This document shows positions 12,901 through 51,735 of a stretch of DNA of 64,000 nucleotides, one piece after another. Origin of the DNA: Octopus sinensis (lineage: Eukaryota); NCBI RefSeq assembly GCF_006345805.1, contig NC_043001.1, positions 122,326,001 to 122,390,000 of the forward strand, written 5' to 3'. The translations under genes and the position numbers were made by a program. Each line of letters begins with the position of its first letter. Position 1 is the stretch's first letter. The notes beneath the pieces are model-generated. The model searched no databases and was not told where the DNA came from. It saw nothing but the letters and a program-made list of their open reading frames with translations.

Positions 12901-15900
12901 TAAAACTATTTTTAGCTCGCGATAAATTTTCGAAAAATACTTCGTTTAAATTTTTGCGTAAAATTTTCGGTGAAAATTTTTGAAAAATTTCTGGGAAAAA
13001 TTTTCGAATAATCGTAAGGCCAGCGGTGCCAAAATCACAAAGTATGGAAGGCCAGTGTTGCCAAAATCTTAAAGCATGGAAGGCCAGCGGTGACAAAATC
13101 ATATAGTACGGAATGCCATTGGTGCCAAAATCAAAAAGTATTGAAGGCCAGTCGTGCCAAAATCACAAAGTATGGAAGTCCAGCGATTGCAAAATCACAA
13201 AGTTTAGAAGGCCAGTGGTGCCCATATCACAAAATATAGAAGGCCAGGGGTGCCAAAATCGGTCAAAAATTTTTGGGTAAAATTTTCCGTGAAAATTTTC
13301 GGAAAACTTTTCGGGAAAATTTGTCAAAATTTTTGCGAAAATTTCCGTCAAGATTTTTGCGAAAATTTTCAAAAAATTTTTAGGGAAAATTGTGTGCAAA
13401 AATTTTTGAGAAATTTTTCGAGACAATTTCGGTGAAAATTTTCGAAAAATTTTTGGGTAAAATTTTCGGTGAAAATTATCGGAAAATTTTTGGGGAAAAT
13501 TTCCGAAAAACTTTTGCGAAAATTTTCCAAAAATTTTTGGGTAAAAATTTCAGTGAACATTTTGAAAAATTTTTGGGAAAAATTTTAGGAAAAATTTATT
13601 GGTGAAAATTTTCGAAATATTTTTGTTGAAAATTTTCGAAAAAATTCTGGGTAAAATTTTCGAAAGATTTTTGGGGAAAATTTTTGGCAAAAATTTTCGA
13701 AAAATTTTTGGATAAAATTTTCGGTGAAAATTTTGGAATATCCATATAACGAATATGCTCCATATGCATAAAAGTCGACATCGTCATAGTTGTTAAGTTT
13801 AAAGCAGAATCTGGCTTATCGTGGATGGTGAAACCTCTTGACTATAGTAGTAAACCAGAATGCACTCTATATAAACACAGAAAGCAGCAGCAGCAGCCAC
13901 CTAAAGATCTATTTTTAGCCATAACATAAATCTATTTTTAACTCGGAGGAAATTCTCGAAATATTTTTGGTGAAAATATGCGAAAGATTTTTGGTGAAAA
14001 TATTCGAAAAATTTTTGGGTAAAATTTTCGGTGAACATTTTCCAAAAATTTCTGAGGAATATTTCGGCAAAAATTTCCGAAAAATATTCGGGTAAAGTTT
14101 TCGGTGAAAATTTTCGAAAAACCATATAACGAATAGGCTCCATATGCCGAGGTCTATAAACGTTGACATCGTCATAGTTGTTAAGTGTAAAGCAGAATCT
14201 GCTGTATCGTGTAAGGTGAGGCATCTTGAATATAGTAGAAAACCAGAATTCAGCAGCACAGTCACCTAAAGATCTATTTTTAGCCATAACATAAATCTAT
14301 TTTTAACTCGGGGAAAATTTTCGAAAAACTTTTGGTGAAAATTTTCGGTGAAAATATTCGAAAATTTTTAGTGAAAATTTTCGAAAAATTTCTGGGGAAA
14401 ATTTTCGGCAAAATTTTTGAGAAAGTTTTCGAGAAAATTTCGGTGAAAATTTTCGAAAAATTTTTTGGTAAGATTTTCCGTGAAAATTTTCGAAAAATTT
14501 TTGGGTAAAATTTTCGGAAAATTGTATGGAAGGCCAGTGGTGCCCATATCACAAAGTATGGAAAGCCAGGTGTTCCAAAATCGTTGAAAAATTTTTGCGT
14601 AAATTTTTCCGTGAAAATTTTCGGAAAATTTTTGGGGAAAATTTCCGTGAAAATTTTCGAAAAATTTTTGGGGAAAATTTTCGGCAAAAATTTTAAAGAA
14701 ATTTTGCGAGAAAATTTCGGTGAAAAGTTTCGGAAAATTTTTGGTGAAAATTTCGGTGAAAATTTCAGAAAAATTTTTGCGAAAATTTTCGAAAAATTTT
14801 TGGGTAAAATTTTCTTTGAAAATTTTCGAAAAACCATATAACGAATATGCTCCATATGCTGAGGTCTATAAACGTCGACATCGTCATAATTGTTAAGTTT
14901 AAAGCAGATTCTGTTGTGTCGCGGATGGTGAGGCATCTTGACCGTAGTAGTAAACCAGAAATCACTCTATATATAGCCAGACAGCAGCAGCAGCCACCTA
15001 AATGTCTGTTTTTAACCATAACATAAATCTATTTATAGCTCGGGTAAAATTTTCCAAATATTTTAAAAACTCTCGAAAAACTTTTCAGGAAAATTTTCGG
15101 TGATAAATTTCGAAAAATTTTGGTGAAATTTTCGAAAAATTATTGGTGAAAATTTTCGAAATATTTTTGCTGAAAATTTTCGAAAAATTTCTGGTTAAAA
15201 TTTTCGGTGAACATTTTCGAAACATTTTCGGTGAAAATTTTCGAATAACCATATAAGGAATATGCACCATATGCATAAACGTCGACATCGTCATAGTTGT
15301 TAAGTGTACAGCAGAATCTGGTGTATCGTGGATGGTGAGGCCTCTTGACTATAGTAGTAAACCAGAATTCACTCTATATAAACACAGAAAGCAGCAGCAG
15401 CAGCCTCCTAAAGATCTAATTTTAGCCATAACATAAATCTATTTTTAACTCGGGGGAAATTTTCTAAAAATTTTTGTTGAAAATTTTCGGTGAAAATATT
15501 CGAAAATTTTTGGTGAAAATTTCTGAAAAATATTTGGGTAAAATATTCGTTGAAACTTTTCGAAAGATTTTTGGCAAAATTTTCGAAAAATTTTTAGGTA
15601 AAATTTTCGGTGAACATATTCGAAAGATTTTTGCTGAAAATTTTCGAAAAATTTTTGGGTAAAATTTTCGTTGAACATTTTCGAAAAATTTTTGAGGAAA
15701 ATTCCGGCAAAAATTTCCGACAAATTTTTGGGTAAAATTTTCGGTGAAAATTTTCGAAAAACCATATGGCGAATATGCTCCATATGCTGAGGTCAATAAA
15801 CGTCGACATCGTAATAGTTGTTAAGTGTAAAGCAGAATCTGGTGTATCGTGGATGGTGAGGCATCTTGACTGTAGTAGTAAACCAGAATTCACTCTATAT

Positions 15901-16664
15901 ATACACAGAAAGCAGCAGCAGCCACCTCAATATCTATTTTTAGCCATAACTTACATCTAATATTAGCTCGGGGAAAATTTTCGAAAAATTTTTGAGGAAA
16001 ATTTTGTATGAAAATTTTCAATAAAATTTTGGTGAAAATTTTCCAATAACCATATAATGAAGTATGGAAGGCCAGTGTTGCCAAAATCACAAAGTATGGA
16101 AGGCCAGTGGTGCCCATATCACAAAGTATGGAAGGCCAGGGGTTCCAAAATCGTTGAAAAATTTTTGGGTAAAATTTTCCGTGAAAATTTTCGGAAAATT
16201 TTTGGGGAAAACTTCCGTGAAAATTTTCGAAAAACTTTTGGGGAAAATTTTCGGCAAAAATTTTAAGAAATTTTTCGAGAAAACTTCGGTGAAAATTTTC
16301 GGAAAATTTTTGGGGAAAATTCCGTGAAAATTTCCGAAAAATTTTTGCGAAAATTTTCGAAAAATTTTCGGGTAAAATTTTCGATGAAAATTTTCGAAAA
16401 ACCATATAACGAATATGGTCCATATGCTTAGGTTTATAAATGTCGACATCGTCATAGTTGTTTAAGCAAAATCTGGTGTTTTTTGGGTAAAATCTTTGGT
16501 GAAAATTTTTCAAAAATTATATATACAGAGAAAGCAGCAGCAGCAGCCACCTAAGAATCTTTTTTTAGACATAAAATAAATATATTTTTAGCTCGGGGAA
16601 AATTTTCCAAAATTTTTGGTGAAATTTTCGAAAAATTGTTGGGTAAAATATTCCTTGAAACTTT

Positions 16665-17322
16665 TACAGAATAGACAAAACACCAGAAAGGGATAATTGC
16701 AGAATCTGTGGACAAAATGGTGAAACCGTATGGCATTTTACCAGTCAATGTACGTCACTAGCCCAGAAAGGATATAAGAGACTCCATGACAACATAGCTA
16801 GGATTGTCCATAGGACACTTTGCAACAAGTATTGACTTCACAGAGCAAAAAAGTGGTACGAACATAAACACAAAGGCATCATCGAATATGATAACGCGAG
16901 GATCCTGTGGGATTTTATGATTCAATTCGACCTTGTGATGGAGAATAGGAAAGCAGACATAGAATTGATTGAGAAAGAAAAACAAACGATGCTGGATTAT
17001 AGATATAGCATGTCCAGCTGATAACAAGGTATGCGATAAGGAAGAAAGAAAAGTTGATAAACATAACAGGTTATCTTGGGAGGTTAAGTAGTTGTGGTCG
17101 CTGAAAGAGGTGCTAGTAGTACCAATAATTATCAGAGCCCTGGGAACAGTGAGTAAAACTCTTGAGAAGTAAGTGGAACAAATAGGTGCTGCAATAAGGG
17201 TGGAGCACTTCCAGAAAACAACACTGTTTGGAACTGCTCGAATACTCCGGATGGTGCTCGAAAAATAAGGAGTATTACCTGTTAGTGAACAGCTAACACC
17301 GTATTAAAAGCTATGTAAAGAA

Positions 17323-17325
<3 letters not shown>
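16665..17325 (+). mobile_element. Right half (CCHC knuckle, endonuclease, 3' UTR) of the family C R4/Dong-like LINE
   Basis: From 16665: YRIDKTPERDNCRICGQNGETVWHFTSQCTSLAQKGYKRLHDNIARIVH, then degenerate ILWDFMIQ and IIDIACPAD; followed by (AAT)n at ~17326-17539. Confidence 0.85.
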
Positions 17326-17363
<38 letters not shown>

Positions 17364-17442
17364 TAATAATGATAATAATGATAATAATAATAATAATATA
17401 ATAATAATAATAATAATTATAATAATAATAATAATGATAATA

Positions 17443-17513
<71 letters not shown>

Positions 17514-17539
17514 TAATAATAATAATAATAATAATAAAT

Positions 17540-19262
17540 AGATACTAAATAGAACTGGATGCGGATATTAATGTTACGGCAAAACGATCAGCCACCTTTT
17601 ATATATGGATGACCTAAATCCATATATATGACAAATGACAAACAGCTGGAAACACTATTAAAGACAGTTCATGGATTTACCAAAGAAATAGATATGAAAT
17701 TTGGATTAGAAAAATGCGCCAAAGTAACCATGAAAAGAGGAAAACTAGTTAAGAGTAACAACATCACACTAGATAAAACCAATGAAATAAAAGAATTAGA
17801 CCAAAGCCAAACTTACAAATACTTAGGAATCCATGAACTAGATAAGACACAACACACACAAATGAAAGAGAAAGTAAAAAAAGAATATTAGAGACGAGTT
17901 AGATCAATACTAAAAACAGACCTCAATGCTAAAAACAAGATAATAGGTATTAACACTTTAGCTGTCCCAGTTATAAGTTACAGCTACAATATCCTTAACT
18001 GGACACTAAATGAACTGACCAAAATAGATAGGAAAACAAGAAAAATAATGACAGGATCTAGGATGCATCACCCAAAATCTGATATAGAAAGACTATATAT
18101 ACAACGTATAGAAGGTGGTAGAGGCCTTATACAGCTGGAAAACTACTATAAAATAACCACTATAGGACTGCAAAAATATCTACTTCAGAAGGAAGGAAAA
18201 CTGATCCAGTAGCGGCAAAACACGAGCAAAACAAAAAACTGTTCTCAGTATTTAAGGAAGCTGACAAATACAAACAAGAAATCATACCACCTAATAAACA
18301 TGAAGAAGAAGAAGAAGAAGAAGATGGAGAAACAACAAAAGCTATAAAACAAATGAAATCCAAACTAAAAATAGAACAGCAACGAACCATGATAAAACGA
18401 TGGCAAGAAAAGCCCCTTCATGGTAAATACTGGACTAAACTAAACGCAAAAGAAATAGACAAAGAAAAATCCCAGCAATGGTTGAGAAGCTCAGGACTCA
18501 AAGCAGAAACAGAGGGATTTTTAATTGCAGCACAAGACCAAAGCCTCCCCACCAGAAATTACCAAAAACATGTAACGAAAAGAAATAATACAAGTAACTG
18601 CAGAATATGTGGAGATGGACAAGAAACAATAAATCATATTATCTCTAACTGCCTAGTCCTGGCTAAGAAGGAATATATTCACAGACATGACAGAGTTGGA
18701 ACCTACATACATTGGAAGCTATGCCAACATTATGGAATAACAACAGAAAAAAGATGGTATAGGCACACACCAGAAAAGGTCACAGAAAACGAGAAAGCAA
18801 CCATACTCTGGGATATGCCGATACACACAGATAGAGAAATTAAGGCCAACAGACCAGATATAGTTGTCAGAGATCATGAAGAAAAAAAATGCTTTCTAAT
18901 TGATGTATCAATACCAGCAGATGACAACGTGTCTCTAAAAGAAATGGAGAAACTCTCAAAATACAATGACCTGGAAATAGAGGTATCTAGAATGTGGAAT
19001 CTGAAAACAGAAACAATTCCTATCATAGTAGGTGCATTAGGCATGATAAAAAAATATTCAGACAAATACATAACAAAAACACCAGGACTTACAAACACAT
19101 ATAACATACAGAAAATTGCACTACTAGGCACTGCACACATCCTACGCAGAACACTTTCCATACAATAACCATCAGAGCATCACAACAAATCACAGCACAT
19201 ACCCAAGGCACACAGAGCTGCGCTCGGTAGTGAAGTGAAAGCACGCTATAAAAATAAAACTA

Positions 19263-19266
<4 letters not shown>
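17540..19266 (+). mobile_element. 5'-truncated R4/Dong-like LINE (family A) sitting in an (AAT)n tract
   Basis: ORFs 17628-17891 and 18353-19168 are near-identical to 614-2167; same 3' UTR; (AAT)n tail from 19267. Confidence 0.9.
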
Positions 19267-19308
<42 letters not shown>

Positions 19309-19687
19309 TAATAATAATAATAATAATATTTATATATTAACCAAAATAAAGTAGATTCACAAAATCATTTTTGAACATGTTGAAGACACACAAAACGTCG
19401 AAAAATAAACTCACCCCAAGGATGTATGTGTCCTCTAATTTGTTTCCCCTTCGTGCAAATTAACAAAGAGAATATCTATGAAAATTATTTCTTTCTTTGC
19501 GCCACATCGTTTTCGTTGTTAGAAATTATCTTCAAGCTTCTTAGATTACAGTGACATGTGTTTTCAATTAACCTACATTAGATTTTTAAAGTATGGTTCG
19601 TGATAAATCTCGATAAGTAAATACAAAAAGATATAAAATGGCGCAATCAAAGCTGTTTAGTTAAGATTTTTACTTCGTAAACACATA

Positions 19688-20050
19688 CAGGGTGGCCCAA
19701 AAGCAGGTTTACAGTTATCCCGTAGGCATTTTAAATTTCTTTTAAAATATTTTATTACATCTAATATTCTCTCTTACAATTATATTGTCTATGCATATTT
19801 TAAACAGACAATGTTTAATCGCTCAGATGCTCAAAATATGCTCCTTCAACAGCATTCTTCAAACCTTTTCAGAACACTCTGACACACAGTGTAGCACAGA
19901 TTCCGATCTCCATCAATTTCAGTGAATGCGTCAGAAATGTAATCTTTTAATTCATTTATTCTTTTGGGATTTTTCTCATAAATCTTGTTCGTTACAACAC
20001 CCACAAAAATGAAATCCATTGGTGTCAGGACAGGGGAACATGGTGGCCAT
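19688..20050 (-). mobile_element. Tc1/mariner-superfamily transposase remnant (C-terminus)
   Basis: WPPCSPVLTPMDF resembles WPPRSPDLTPxDF; tacagggtggcccaaaag terminal-repeat-like end at 19688. Confidence 0.65.
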
Positions 20051-20884
20051 CTCATAAATAATGCGGTTTTATATACTTCTTTTATTTTTCAAAATTACGA
20101 TAAAGTTCTTTTTTAATCTAAAATATACTCTCCTTCATTTTCTACAATGCTCTTCTATCTATCTGGTAGACTTTCATGGCCCCTCTTCCAAAATTCACTT
20201 ATCCGTGACGAAAAATACTCCTCCACTACTGTTTTGACCTCGTCTACAGAATTCATATTTTTCCGTCCAAATGATTTTGAAGAATGCAGAATAAATGATA
20301 ATCAGATGGGGAAATGTCCAGCGAATAAGGTGGCTGGGATATCCTTTCCCATTCAAACTGCTCCAGCCTTTGGAATGTCATCCTTGCTTGAAACCAGAGA
20401 TGGTCGTTTTATTTCTGGCACTGGTGTCGATGAATGGTCGAATGACCAAATTCAAACTTCTCTGCAAGTTCCTCAACAGATACGATGAGATTTTGTTCCA
20501 CCAGGTTTTGCAGTACGTCCTCATCGTGCTCAACAGGTCTTCCAGAACATGGCTCGTCATCTAGGCTGTAGTTTCCGGCTCTGAATTTCTGAAGCCACCG
20601 TTGACCCTGGCTTACATTTATTGTCTGATCCTCATATACTGCATTAATATTCTTCACACTTTCCGCTGTGTTGTTGCCTTTATTGAACACATAGAGCAAA
20701 ATATGTTTAACATGCTTTTTTGTCACTTCCATTGTAGGTTTGAAAAAATTGTTAAAATCGAACTGCACTCTTCAAAACTTGCTCTAAGAATATTATAAGA
20801 TTGATGCAAGTAGTTTATCCCGTTCCCCTCCGACTTTTGTTTAAGCGATTAAAAAAGCCGCATTATCTATGGAATGACCCAATA
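20051..20884 (-). mobile_element. Internally deleted mariner element
   Basis: HTH region (HILLYVFNKG...QRWLQKFRAGNYSLDDEPCSGRP), PPYSLDISPSDY (YSPDL-like), and an imperfect inverted pair cataaataatgcggtttt (20053) / aaaagccgcattatctatgg (20853). Confidence 0.75.
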
Positions 20885-20930
20885 TAATTGTGATATGTAT
20901 ATTTTCGCTGCTGTAACTAGATAGTTCCAT

Positions 20931-20948
20931 TATAAATACGTATAAATA
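20931..20948 (+). promoter_or_regulatory. Candidate duplicated TATA box of the CYP4 gene
   Basis: TATAAATA at 20931 and 20941, 70-87 nt upstream of the ATG at 21018; the TSS is not known. Confidence 0.35.
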
Positions 20949-21017
20949 CATAGATTGTGACCTCGATTTTTACAATCTTGCCAGTTTTATTTGATTGTGA
21001 GAAGTGAGGCTGTTAAA

Positions 21018-48623
<27,606 letters not shown>

Positions 48624-49532
48624 TTGTTGTAATAATATACACCTGGAACGCTTTGAGATGTTATTTTGATGTAAAACTATTTTTCTCGCTTTAATACAGT
48701 TTAGAAATAACCAAGATATAGAAAGCTAATCGTGCTGAGATAAGCAAACATACAGGCTTGTGAGACGTTCATATGTAACTTCCAATATTCAAAATGTTAT
48801 TCACTGAAATATTCGAACTTATGTTCTTTTTCTTGGAAATGAGTTCATGTGAACGAAACTTTAGAGCTTTTCACTAACCAAGGCCAGTAAACTCACTCAG
48901 CCTTCATGTAGTATTATATTATACGGCCCCCACCAGTTTACAGTCAAGCTGGAGACACTATAATAGTTCAATAGAATAGTTTGGACGCGTAGTTTGAAAC
49001 TTGACTCATATCTCGATTGCAGACCTAACTTTTCAGTTTATAATCAATACTTTTTTTATCTATCTCGGGTGCCACACAATCTTACGTCCTTTACCTACTA
49101 CTCCTTGCTTAAATATTTAAATAATATACTATAGTCAATAAAGCAGTGTTTACAGTGTCCACATATTGTCCTATTGGTCATTAATCAACGGCAATTCACC
49201 TCATACAGCTCTAGAAGTGTATGCTTCTACGATATCTTCTCTCGTCTCTTTTCCTTTCCGACACTAATTCATAATTTTAGTATTGTTGACTGTACAGCAA
49301 TGCGCTTGTAGAATCGTTAAAACGACACATATAAGTGCCTTGCAGTATTCGTTACGGAAATTCAAATTACGTCGATGTAATCATTTCAGGGTCGATAAAA
49401 TAAAGTACGAGTTGACTAATCCATTCCGTCAAAAGTGTGACATCCCTGTGCCTAAATCGAAATTCATTATTATTGTCAAATAGGTTGGCGAGTTTGCAGA
49501 ATCATTAGGAGGCCGGACTAAATGCATAGCAG

Positions 49533-49564
<32 letters not shown>

Positions 49565-49594
49565 CTTCTTCTTCTTCTCCTCTTCTTCTTCTTC

Positions 49595-50350
49595 TTCTTA
49601 ATACTGTTTTCCCCTTGCGGAGCATAGGGCCTCAACAGTTGTTTTCCACTTTTTGCGGTCATTGGTATGTTTCTTGGCTGCTTCCCATGTCAGGCCGGTG
49701 GTCCTGAGCTCCTCCAAAATGCTACGCTTCCATGTCTGTTTTGGGCGTCCTCGCTTCCTTTTCCCCTGCGGGTTCCAGTCAAGTGGTTGTGTCACATTTC
49801 AGGGTTCTTTCCGCAGTGTGTGTCCAATCCATCTCCATTTCCTTCGTCTAATCTGAACATGTATGGGCTGCTGGTTGGCCCTTTCTCACAGATCAGTGTT
49901 TGGCACTCTGTCGAACCACTTCAGATGGAGGATCTGCCGGAGAGATTTTTTGTAGTTGCTGCAGGTGGCCCTCCATGTTTCAGAGCCATACAAAAGCACA
50001 GATTTTACGTTTGAACTAAATAAGCGGAGTTTAGTACGAGTTGATATGGCAGTGGATAGCGAAGTTAATATGGCAGTTGATATGGCCGAAGAATAGCGAA
50101 GGCTTGCCAAGCCGTCTTGATTCTTGCCGTGATGTCCTCGTCTGATCCACCTGATTTGCTGATCTTGCTGCCAAGATAGTCAAACTCAGTAACGTTCCCC
50201 ACAGGTGGCCCCTCGATTGTGATTGGCTCTTCCTGCTTGTTGTTGGTATGCAGCACTTTTGCCTTCTTCCGGCAGATCCTCAAGCCCACTTGCCGTGAAG
50301 TTTCTGTCGGGTGGTCTACCTTATCTTGCATGTCATGCAGGCGATTGCAG
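49595..50350 (-). mobile_element. 5'-truncated RTE-clade LINE with (GAA)n tail
   Basis: EFDYLGSKI..GGSDEDITARI, NVKSVLLYGSETW and LDWNPQGKRKRGRPKQTWKR; (TTC)n at 49535-49598. Confidence 0.85.
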
Positions 50351-50619
50351 GCGATGTGAAAGTAGTGCGAGATGTAAGACAAGCTTCTGTCAGTCTCCGT
50401 CTAATGAATCCACTGTCAAGACTGGACAGCCGGAGGCTATAGTAGAAGATACTTGCCGAATGTGCCACGCAGTGGGACTGAACCCGAAACCATGTTGCTG
50501 GAGAGCAAGCTTCCTACCACAAAGACACGCCTATATATGTTTGTATGTATACATGTGTACATATATACATACGAACATACATGTCCATATACGTATATGC
50601 TAATACCACCCAACCCTCT

Positions 50620-51060
50620 AGAAATATTAATAACAAGGTTATTGTATCTGAAGTCAATTCCAGTAGAATTAAGTTTATGTCAAGTAACTCTAAGATTTAA
50701 AATTCTATATACCAGTGTATAATCAGTACTCGCAATAAAGTACGATTTTACATTGGAAGCACATCGTTAGAGTTATCTAAAATAATTTCTATCCATTACT
50801 CAACATTTAGGGATAGACATAAACGGAATAGTACCGGTCTCAGCAAACTGATTTGGGATTTAAAAGACCACAATGAACAATTTCATTTAGAATGGTTGAT
50901 TCTCTCAATTTCGATACCATATGACAAAGGCAAGAAATTCTGTCTTCTCTGCAATTCTGAGCTATTTTTCATTATTTTTTCTAAAAATACTCTAGTAAAC
51001 ACGGTTATAGAACGAGCATACAGATGTAAGCATTGACAGAAACATACTTTTAGTGCATAT
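50620..51060 (+). mobile_element. Penelope-like element 3' fragment (GIY-YIG endonuclease)
   Basis: Open frame without ATG, 50707-51036: IYQCIISTRNKVRFYIGSTS...NSTGLSKLIWDLK...EW.IL...CLLCNSE...RCKH-stop. Confidence 0.8.
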
Positions 51061-51163
51061 AAGTAGTCTCTATCATTATATATAATTTAAACTTTAATTT
51101 CCTTTATATTTAACATTCACTATTAATATCTCTACTCTTTCTGTTAGCTACTTATGACGTTAT

Positions 51164-51233
<70 letters not shown>

Positions 51234-51352
51234 TATATATATATATATATATATATGAACAACTGTTTATAAATTTAACCTTTAAAGGTATTTTTAATAT
51301 GCTGGCCATTGATAAAATTTTTATTTCGAAAAATGTTATCCTACATTAGATG

Positions 51353-51384
<32 letters not shown>

Positions 51385-51644
51385 ATATATAAACATATTA
51401 GATATACATATATATATATATGTCTATACATATATATATACATATATTATATATATATATATTATATATATATATATACATATATACATATATACAAAGA
51501 GCAATAAAGATTCAAGTTAACTTAAATGAATTTACTTGAATATGGTACCTAACTTAGATGCACCAAAAAAAAACTATACTGATTTAACAATACAGTAATG
51601 CGGGGTGATTATAAGCGAGAAAGAAGCAACAAGAATGGATAGGT

Positions 51645-51735
51645 TTTTAGTACGATCGTTTCATACAAGGACAGGTTTTATTAAAAGTTGCAAAGATTAC
51701 AGCATATAAACGAGTCCCGTACTCATCAGCTAAAA
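51645..51735 (-). ncRNA. Type I hammerhead ribozyme (mirror copy)
   Basis: Exact reverse-complement copy of 52256-52346 in the left arm. Confidence 0.8.

Larger units (their letters stand above)
3178..16664 (-). repeat. Complex tandem array: ~30 full/partial copies of a ~200-bp CRESS-Rep-like cassette, A4T4-rich spacers and 32-bp repeat blocks
   Basis: Recurrent core accatataacgaatatgctccatatgctgaggtctataaacgtcgacatcgtcatagttgttaagtgtaaagcagaatctggtgtatcgtggatggtgaggcatcttgactgtagtagtaaaccag... at e.g. 3252, 3928, 4408, 4860, 5372, 6048, 6333, 7468, 8270, 10735, 12147, 12545, 14122, 14833, 15763, 16401 (manual count). Confidence 0.95.

Noticed and set aside
3178-16664. CRISPR-like repeat-spacer array
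   Set aside because: The constant unit is ~200 bp, the spacers are low-complexity variants of each other rather than unique captured sequences, there are no cas genes, and the context is eukaryotic.
3178-16664. Complete endogenous circovirus-like genome
   Set aside because: No Rep motif II/III, Walker A/B or capsid-like ORF found; only the first 36 codons recur.
3178-16664. Helitron carrying the array
   Set aside because: I see no 5' TC / 3' CTRR ends with a subterminal hairpin at the junctions, and no RepHel sequence.
3075-16748. Dozens of F/K/N/E/I-rich ORFs on both strands as real genes
   Set aside because: They arise from the A4T4 spacer and 32-bp repeats, overlap in several frames and lack independent support.
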